Assembly: GCF_006345805.1 (NCBI RefSeq)
Contig: NC_043007.1
Location: 27,032,001-27,096,000, forward strand
Reading direction: 5' to 3'
DNA from: Octopus sinensis
Taxonomy: Eukaryota
DNA length: 64,000 nt
Shown here: positions 54,842-64,000 of the stretch, one piece after another
Layout of the letters: every line of letters starts with the position of its first letter
Numbering within the stretch: the first letter of the stretch is position 1
Program-made: the position numbers and the translations under genes
Notes under the pieces: generated by a model
What the model saw: only the letters and a program-made list of their open reading frames with translations
Database searches by the model: none
Told to the model about the DNA's origin: nothing

Positions 54842-55055
54842 ATATATTCACACACGTACACGCACGTTCTCCTGCACCTGTACACAGATGTGTGTCTGTG
54901 TTTATACTGAGAACTGTAATATTTTAAATGTAGATGTAACGGCAATGATTGTTTTTGCGAAGACGAAAAAGAAAAATGATTCAAGATTAAGATTTGTAAT
55001 AAAATGCCGTGTAATGGAAGCGAAAAAGAGGCGCAAAAAAGGAACGAGATTTAAC

Positions 55056-55086
<31 letters not shown>

Positions 55087-57446
55087 ATGTATATATGAAG
55101 GCGATGGTATCATGAAAATTCGATGGTATCATAAAAAGAGTGACAGCAATGTTTCGTAATTTTCTTTTATTTCAAACGAATTTTATAATTTAAATAATTC
55201 TCATAAGATTTAACACATGCGGCTATGCAAGAACGAACAAAGTTTTTATCTTCTTAAATTGCAAAAAATGAATTACATTCTTATTATTTTTGTTACGAAC
55301 GATGTAATTTATTTTATGAAGTTTAATAAAGTTGCTGTTCTCTTTTTATTTTTTGGTGTTGGGGGTGAGTTTTTCATTGGATTTTGTGCAATCAGATATA
55401 AAATCACTTGGAATGTAAGTTAATATTCAATATTAAAATTGTGAACTGCAATAGGAATTCGTGGTTATAGATAAAAACAGACTAGGGTCTCAAGAGAGAC
55501 AGAAAGGATGCTGAGAGGGATTGTTAAGTAGGGCTATGGAATTAAATACGGTAGGGTGACAAGAATACCTAGCTCAACAACGCTGAGAAGCGCTTAGTCT
55601 TGAAAACATAATCATAACATGATTAGGAGAGATGGAAGACAATATAGGAAAAAGGATAAAAAAAAAACCCAGAAAAGATTTGAATGTCCCGTTGTGAGGC
55701 TAGCGATAAGATCAACCCCAATACGTATATAGTACTTAATTTATCGACCCCGAAAGGATGAAAGGCAAAGTCGACCTCGGCGGAATTTGAAAAGGTTTAC
55801 AGACTTTGATCAAGAGGGGAGACAAGTTATGTGGACTGTAGAAAGAAATGTTTGTTTGGGTGAGATACGATGCAGAAACGAAGGACGGAGAAATTATATG
55901 AAGGCCGATGTTGGACAGGCATATTAAGAGCAGGCAAGTGGCAAAGACGCAACAACGAGAGAAGACCAGGTATTAGAATTTGAAAGAGAAAATTTATGAA
56001 TTAGACAATATCAATGAAGATCTATCAGAAACCATTTTGAGAAGCCCTTTCTTATTAGGCCAACGGATTTCATCTGTCCATACTGTCAAGATATATTATT
56101 CCGCAGTGTTGCAATGCAGAGGCGAGAGCTTTAGTTAACGTTAATACATGGAAGGTTTAAACGTTTACACTGCATATCTTAACTGTGCCATTTTCATCGC
56201 AGCGTTTGGGTCAGGAATCACACAGTTAAGAAGTCGAAGACCGTACTGTTCCTGGATGCAAATTCAAGAATATCATTACGTGTTTAATTTCCATCCCGTA
56301 GAGACTGAATAGCCAACACGTTGATTACTTTACATCATTGATGCTGTTGATCCACAAGACAAGTACAAACGCTTCAAAATACTTCATGCTTGAATCGCAT
56401 GATACAAAATTATTCTAGATTCTGGAATGCGAAGCAGTAATGATGGGTTCAATATTAAGGTTCCATTGAAAAGATAACAAGTATGATGTATTTTGGAACA
56501 AATATCTTTTGAAGAAGAACAGAGCACATATTAATGAGAAAGTTTGTCAGTTGCGCAGCTTGTGGTGAGGGAGTGGGCCTTACCCGAACGAGACTTTTAT
56601 GGAAATGATAATAAAGAGTTGCTGTATATTTCCGCATAGGCTCCCGGGCCACGGTGTGAAGCTGAATACAAAGGCTGCCCCGGGTGGCGGATACATCTAC
56701 GCCAGCCCCAGAGGTTTGGTCTTTTGTAAAATGTATGAACATTTGTCAGAACGTTATAAAAATATAAAGGTCACGTATGTGTTTCCTTAGACATGAGAGC
56801 TACAGCTGTTGTTAGCGCACATTATTTGTTCTAGATCCATCTCTACACTCGAGGCAATACGGCGAGTTTCTGAGAACAAAATGTACGGGAAACACAAGCA
56901 GTTTACAGTCTAACCTACATTTGTACGGGAGGACGAAATTGTATCATCAACAAGGTGAACGATGATATGTCGCTAAGCGAGGGAGCTTTGCATCGCGAGG
57001 TCTCTCATTCCTTCTCTCTGTCTGACTGTCTTTGATGTTGCTTTAGCAGAAGGCATTTATACAATGACACTGAGCAACCCTGTTGATTAAACAAGAGAGG
57101 GAGCATGCGGAAACGAGTGTGGGGCAACATAACACCGACCGCGAACAAGTATGTACTCCAGTAGCCCTTGAGGTACAGAGAAATACTATTTGAAACACCT
57201 GCTCTTGCGATAAATACTTTATAATATTTGAGCGCCATTAATAAAGTGCAAATATCATCACTGAGTGGAGCCTCCAGTTTAAAAAAATGACGGAAGAAAA
57301 TCACTTACATTAACATTGAAAATGAACTGGAACATCAACAATAAGGCCAGCACACACGTACAAGCACACACAGGCAAGCACGTACACATACACACATACA
57401 CGCGCATGCGCGATTCGTACTTGATAATTATATTGTTTCAAATATT

Positions 57447-57679
57447 AAGGCGGTGAGCTGGCAGAACCGTTAGCAGGCGGGGCGAAATGCGTAGTCGTAT
57501 TTCGTCTGCCGTTACGTTCTGAGTTCAAATTCCGCCGAGGTCGACTTTGCCTTTCGTCCTTTCAAGGTCGATAAATAAAGTACCAGTTACGCACTGGGGT
57601 CAATGTAATCGACTTAATCCCTTTGTCTGTCTTTCTTTGTCCCGTCTATGTTTAGCCCATTGTGGGCAGTAAAGAAATA
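57447..57679 (+). mobile_element. SINE family B, full length, with 15-bp target-site duplication
   Basis: TATATTGTTTCAAAT (57429-57443) and TATATTGTTACAAAT (57680-57694) flank the element. Confidence 0.9.
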
Positions 57680-58180
57680 TATATTGTTACAAATCTCATG
57701 AGTTCAGAGTCAATTCTTCGCGTTCGTTCGTACATTGGCTTATTTTCGAGTACGTGAGCGTGTGTGTGTGTGAGTGTGTATGTGCATATATTGGTATGTG
57801 TGTGTGTATGTATATATGTACCTGGTGGGCTTTAAGTCGTCGTGGCACTCCGTCGGTTATCACGACGATGAGGGTTCCAGTTGATGCGATCAACGGAACA
57901 TCTGGATCGTTAAATTAAATCTTTAGATTGGGTACTATCGAAATTATTTTATAAATCCTCGCCGTCTATTTTCCTTGCATACAACCTTCAATAGTGGAGT
58001 AATATCTACATAGTTCGTAGAACATTTGGGCTCTATTTCTAGCAGAGTGGTGTTGTAATCATTCAACACCCTTATTATAATTTTAATATATTGATGTATA
58101 TGTTCGACAATACTCCTCACCGGACTATCCCGGCAGAGGTATAAACAAATGACTGAAATGCATATATATATATATATATA

Positions 58181-58493
58181 TAAGGGGAAAGTTTACGAAA
58201 AGGCGTATAGGCCCCAAGTATGCGTAGAAAAGCACATCTACCTCGCTTATGTATAAGAAAACGCTAGAACGATGGTATGGCTCGAAGCTTATATACATAA
58301 GAATATGTATATATATACAGGACGCCATGATAGATCGTTAGCTCCTCCACGCATTTTTTTCTGTGTATCTTTCTGTCGAAGAGCGTAGGCTCGAAACGTA
58401 AAAGACTTTTTCTATTCCTGAGCGCTATACTAATAGATTTGTTTGTTTGTACTCGACCTGCCTTCGTCTTTTGTTTATTTTCGTAAACTTTCC

Positions 58494-58498
<5 letters not shown>
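58181..58498 (+). mobile_element. Non-autonomous Penelope-like element: inverted 5' end, decayed RT piece, hammerhead-bearing terminal repeat
   Basis: 21-bp inverted ends (58181-58201 vs 58478-58498, 20/21); internal GCCCCAAGTATGC...GTAGAAAAGCACATC...GTATGGCTC resembles PLE RT APSYA..EK.I..VWL.YI; hammerhead-like motif at 58368-58405. Confidence 0.6.
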
Positions 58499-58529
<31 letters not shown>

Positions 58530-59044
58530 TTCATTACACACACACGCACGCGCCGCATACATATGCATACACACTCACCCTTAGTTATCACTGTTAATTG
58601 AATACTGGGGTCCGATCAATTGCCATGAGAGACTGTGTCGCAACAATTTCTTTGTACAAGTCTGAAGCGCGTAATAAGAAAATCCCTGTGTGTGTGTGTT
58701 TGAGTGTGTGTGTGTGTGTGTGTGTGTTTCTGTGTGCGTGTGTCTGTGTGCATGGCGTGTGTGTGTACGTGGTGTTTATGGGCGCGTGTGTGTGTATATT
58801 TAAATTCGGTGTTGTATTCGTTTAAGAAACGACATAATCTGAAACCGTGAATTGGAAATAAAATAGTTATATTGAATAATTCAGTTAAAGGATCCAGTCG
58901 GGTTGTTGAAGTGCGACGAAGCGATTTCTGATGTTATAGTATACAGTAATTAAGAAATAAGCACAAAGAAATAAACAGTAATTTATCGCAACAGGCTAAA
59001 TTGACACAATTGCCCATGCATACATTCGTACAAGCATAGTTTTT

Positions 59045-59480
59045 TTTCTACTCTTGGCACAAAGCCCGAAATTTTGGGGGAGGGATTCAGTCGTTTACAT
59101 CGACCTCACTACGCAACTGGTACTTAATTTATCGACCCCGAAAGGATGAAAGGCAAAGTCGACCTCGGCGGAGTTTGAACTCAGAGCCTAAAGACAGACG
59201 AAATACCGCTAAGCAATCCACCAGACGTGCTAACCTTTCCGCCTACTCATCATCTTTAAATATTCTTTTCTACTCTAGGCTGTAGGCCCGAAATTTTCGG
59301 AGATGGTGCCAGTCGATTAGATCTACCCCAGTACACAACTGGTACTTAATTTATCGATGCCGAAAGGATGAAAGGTAAAATCTACCTAGGCGGAATTTGA
59401 TCTCAGAACTTAAAGGCAGACGAAAAATCACTAAAATTTTCGCCCGGCGTGCTAACGTATCTGCCAGCTCGCCGCCTTAC
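59045..59480 (-). mobile_element. SINE family B tandem dimer
   Basis: Two units, both with the GCCCGAAATTTT..GG.G tail. Confidence 0.9.
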
Positions 59481-59501
59481 AAGCATATATAAGCTATACT
59501 C

Positions 59502-60010
59502 AGCTTCGAGCCATACCATCGTTCGAGTGTTTTTTTACACATAAGCGAGGCAGATGTGTTTTTCTACGTATACTTGGGGCCTATACGCCTTTGCACAGAT
59601 GTGGCAAAGACGGATTTCTTTTCCAGTATGTGTTCAGAGTCCTTAAATGTTTTCATTCCATCAGAGATTTTTTCATTGAGTGCTTTGTCTTGTTCAGCTA
59701 ATATCGGCCGCTGTATGTAACGCATAAGAGATGCTTAAAATTAAGCGGCGCTTGTATCCGATGCTTATTTTAAACCGAGGAAAGAGCTTGCTCAGGGCCA
59801 ATCCAAGAGGAACTTGTCTACATCATTTCATTCTGCAAGAGATATGTCTAAACGAAGATTAAAGGTCTCTCTCTCCCCCAGCTGTTGGATAGCCGTTGAT
59901 TCTATCGAGTTCACCAGTTCTTTGACAACATCTGTTTTTCGTCCTCCTGGATGTACTACGAAGACAATATTCCTTGTTAAACCGGCTTCCTAGGGTTGCC
60001 AGATTAGTCG
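59502..60010 (-). mobile_element. Decayed Penelope-like ORF remnant
   Basis: 59502-59591 is an inverted homolog of 58201-58289; upstream frame LTRNIVFVVHP...VKELVNSIESTAIQQLGERETFNLRLDIS resembles the pre-RT region of PLE ORFs. Confidence 0.4.
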
Positions 60011-60169
60011 CCGATGGTCCGCTCAAGCGAGAGATTTTACTTTCTTTAATCTTAAAGTAACACTAAAAGTCACTCGACATGCATGCATGCATACATACCT
60101 ACATGCATGTATGCGTCCATCTCTCCGTTCGTCCGTACATATGTACATACAAACACACGCACACAAGTG

Positions 60170-60358
60170 CATGAGAGATCGCTAGCCATTAAACCATTTT
60201 CTATTTTCTCCCCCTGTTTATTTTTGTGTTCCTTTCTGTAGAGAGCGTGGGCTCGAAACATAAAAGACTTTCTCACCTTCCTGAGCGTTAAACTAATGCA
60301 CCTGTTTGTTGTTTACACACCCGTCTTCGTATTTTGCATTTTTTGTAAATTCTCACTA
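60170..60358 (+). mobile_element. Penelope-like terminal repeat with hammerhead-like motif
   Basis: CTTT-CTGTAGA-GAGC GTGG GCTC-GAAA-CATA-AAAG at 60232-60266. Confidence 0.65.
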
Positions 60359-60543
60359 TATATATATATATATATATAATTAAAAATGGAACTAAAAGAC
60401 AACAGAGGACATTACAACATTCGCACAGATAGGCGATACAAAAGCGGACAGGCAAAAAAAAACAAAACAGGGGGAGAAGCGGGTTGTCTTTCGTCAGTCT
60501 AGTTCCAGTACTCATGACCATTTCGGGCAGTGTGTATATAGAT

Positions 60544-60744
60544 CAGTGCTTTTCAAACGTTTTGCTGGAGCGGAACCCCAAGGAAACATTCCACTGGCTC
60601 GAGGAATCCCTGGGCAATAATTTAATAGTCTTTTGCACACATATCTGCAGAGGAGAATTAAAAATTACTGTCGATTTTAGCAGTTTTGTAACTTCTTGCG
60701 GAATCCCTGGACTGTACAGGCGGAACCCTGGTTGAAAACCACTG
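60544..60744. mobile_element. hAT (Charlie-like) MITE, 201 bp
   Basis: TIRs CAGTGCTTTCAAAC / GTTGAAAACCACTG; perfect 8-bp TSD ATATAGAT (60536-60543, 60745-60752). Confidence 0.9.
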
Positions 60745-61175
60745 ATATAGATATATATCTGTCCTTCTAGAAATACATCTGTCCATCTATCTATCCATAT
60801 ACACGCACACGCACACGCCCACACATACGCACTCACATACACATACACACACCATACACACACATATATACATATTCATACACATACACCCGTAACGCGA
60901 ACGCACGCACGCGCACACACATGGACACTAGTTTCATGCGCACACACACACACACTGTTACTGCACCAGCAGCTGTAACAGTAGCACCGTAAATGCAGCA
61001 CATGCAGAGTGCAGTTACAATAGGAGAAACTATTACAACAGCAAAAAGTCGTAAGCAGAGGAAATAGCATTCAGAGCAAGGCAACAGCGACAGCGACCAG
61101 GGTCTCAGTACGCAGCTGCATGGTCCACTAGAAATAGCAGTCAAATTCTTTCTCATATCACTGTCAAACCTCTTG

Positions 61176-61400
61176 AAGGCGGCGAGCTGACAGAAACTTT
61201 AGCACGCCGGGCGAATTGCTTAGCGGTATTTCGTCTGCGTTATGTTGTGAGTTCAAATTCCGCCGAGGTCGACTTTGCCTTTCATCCTTTCGGGGTCGAT
61301 AAATTAAGTACCAGTTACGCACTGGGGTCGACTTAATACCTATGTCTGTCCTTGTTTGTCCCCTCTGTGTTTAGCCCCTTGTGGGTAATAAAGAAATAGG
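61176..61400 (+). mobile_element. SINE family B, full length
   Basis: AAGGCGGCGAGCTGACAGAAAC...TAAAGAAATAGG. Confidence 0.9.
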
Positions 61401-61639
61401 TTTGACACATTCGACTAATTAGTCCAAGATATCAGGTGACAAATTTAAGAATATTTCGTGTCTCTCATTGAATGTCTTTTTCTGTATTCCTTTCGGCACT
61501 CGACGTTCTGAGTTCAAATCCTGTCTAGGGTAAGTTAACATGCATTTTTACGGATTTCGTAAATAAATAAAGCACCTGTTAAGTACGGGGATCGAAACTC
61601 TCCCATCAAATTTCGGATAAAAATACTGCCAATAATAAT

Positions 61640-62130
61640 CCTTTCTACTATATGTACAAGGCCTGAAATTTTGAGGGGGGTGTCCAATTGATTTGATCGA
61701 CCCCACTTCGCCACTAGTACTTAAATTAAGAACCCCGAACGGATAAAAGGCAAAGTCGACCTCAGCGGAATTTGAACTCAGAACGTCGAGACATACGAAA
61801 TACCTATTTCTTTATTGCCCACAAGGGGCTAAGCACAGAAGGGACAAACAAGGACAGACAAACGGATCAAGTCGATTATATCGACCCCAGTGCGTAACTG
61901 GTACTTAATTTATCGACCCTGAAAGGATGAAAGGCAAAGTCTACCTCGGCGGAATTTGAACTCAGAACGTAACGGCAGACGAAATACCGCTAAGCATTTA
62001 GTCCGGCGTGCTAGCGTTTCTGCCAGCTCGCCGACGGACGAAATGCCGCTAAGCATTTAATCCGGCATGCTTTCGATTCTTATTTTTAGTCTAGGCACAA
62101 GGCGCGAAATTTTCGGGGAGGGGCCCAGTC
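61640..62130 (-). mobile_element. SINE family B multimer, inverted relative to 61176-61400
   Basis: Full unit 61803-62033 plus a truncated second unit at about 61640-61800. Confidence 0.9.
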
Positions 62131-62519
62131 GATTAGATTCGTCGAATTTAAGGCACATGAAACAGATGTAACCAACTTTTTATCATCCTCGCCTCTCTGT
62201 CTTCATCTTACTTCCTCTCTCTCTTTCTATCTATCACTTTCTTTCTCTCATTCTATCTGTGTGTCTGTATGTCACTCCCGCCCCCAATGTATTATTCTTC
62301 ACTTTATTTTATATGTGTTTCAGCCAGTGGGAGTGCAACCATATTAGGACACCGACAATTTCGATTTAGTAGAACAACTCGACCCGAGGACTCATTTTCA
62401 ATTTTTTAAAGCTTGTTTTCCTTTTTTATCGTTCTCTTTTGCCGATCCGCTAATTTACAGAGACGTAAAAATATCAGCATAGATTTTCAAGCAGTTGTGT
62501 CAGACAAAACAAAGACACA

Positions 62520-63015
62520 AAGACACACACACATACAGACATACACGCGCACACACACAAACATACATACATACATACATACACACACACACAAACATAC
62601 ATACATACATACATACATACATACATACATACACACATACATACACACATACATACATAATACATTCATACATAGACACATACATACACACATACATACA
62701 TACATACATACATACATACATGCACACACATGCATACATACACACACATGCACATACATACACACATACATACATACACACATACATACATACACACATG
62801 CATACATACACACATACATACATACATAAATACATACATGCACACACATGCATACATACACACACATACATACACACATACACACATAGATACATACATA
62901 ATTGCACACACACATACACACATACACACATACATACACACATACATGCACACATACATACATACTCATACATATATGCGCACACACACATGCACACACA
63001 TACATACTCACATAA
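62520..63015. repeat. (ACAT)/(CA)n compound microsatellite
   Basis: Direct inspection. Confidence 0.95.
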
Positions 63016-63429
63016 ACAAAAACAGTTGTAGAAATATTAATAGTTGCTGCCGTTGTAGAAAAAGTAGTATTCGTAGTAATAGTAGAAGTAGTAGTAGCAG
63101 CAGCAGTGGCAGCAGCAGTGGCATTCGAAATAGTTGCATCTATTGTTGATTGTATTAGTACAATTGTAGATTCGCGAAGGTGATAGCAATAATACTTTGT
63201 ACTGTAGACACAAGGTATAAAATTGGTTGAGGTGGTGGCGGTCGTGGTGGGGTTGTCGATACCCTCGACACTAGTGTTCACCTAATACTTATTTTATCGA
63301 TCTCGAAGTGCGTTGCGCAAAGTCGAACTTTGCGGAATTTGAACTCAGAACGTAAAGACAAGGCATGTTGTTCGACGCGCTAACGCTTCTGCCACCTCAC
63401 CGCCATAGTAAAATTAGTATCTAGGTTAG

Positions 63430-63830
63430 TAAGGCGGCGAGCTGCCAGAAACGTTAGCACGCCGGACGAAATGCGTAGCCGTATTTTGGCTGCCGTTACG
63501 TTCTGAGTTCAAATTCCCCTGAGGTCGACTTTGCCTTTCATCCTTTTGGGGTCGATTAATTAAGTACCAGTTACGCACTGGGGTCGATATAATCGACTTA
63601 ATCCGTTTGTCTGTCCTTGTTTGTCCCCTCTATGTTTAGCCCCTTGTGGGTAGTAAACAAATACGTATTTCGTCTGTCTACGTTCTGAGGTCAAATTCCG
63701 TCGAACGAGGTCGATTTGCCTTTTATCCTTTCGGGGTCAATAAATTTAGTACCAGTTGCGTACTGAGGTCGATCTAATCGACTGGCCGCCTCGCCCCAAA
63801 ATTTCGGGCCTTGTGCATAGAGTAAAAAAT
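63430..63830 (+). mobile_element. SINE family B dimer, with a divergent minus-strand copy at about 63280-63405
   Basis: Full unit to about 63662, then a second unit with the diagnostic TCCGTCGAACGAGG. Confidence 0.9.
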
Positions 63831-63847
63831 CAATACTGAGCCAATGA

Positions 63848-63881
<34 letters not shown>

Positions 63882-64000
63882 ATACTTGTAGTAGTAGTAG
63901 TATTAGTAGTAGTAGCAGCAGTAGTAGTGGTGGTGGTGGGATCTGTGAGAATATGCGATTGATCACAGCCAGCGGTTCCCTTTTCGTAATGGAGGACTAC

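Overview
Repeat-dominated, AT-rich, non-coding animal DNA. The SINE families, LINE and DNA-transposon remnants and very high microsatellite load point to a coleoid cephalopod, most likely Octopus (inference from repeat content, not a database match). I cannot support any intact protein-coding gene: nearly all listed ORFs are microsatellite translations or decayed transposon fragments. The window contains: at least four tRNA-derived SINE families (dozens of copies, some as tandem multimers or inverted pairs); Penelope-like element (PLE) remnants whose terminal repeat carries a minimal hammerhead-ribozyme-like motif (4 copies); two R4/Dong-type endonuclease fragments inserted in (TAA)n with an unclassified non-coding element between them; CR1-like and RTE LINE tails; an internally deleted mariner; Tc1 and Tigger fragments; clean hAT and piggyBac MITEs; a near-perfect 150-bp hairpin; several mini/satellite arrays; and a 100-N gap. 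The best lead is the PLE/hammerhead family: the stems are kept across copies, stem I differs in a compensatory way, and the core is non-canonical (U at position 6).
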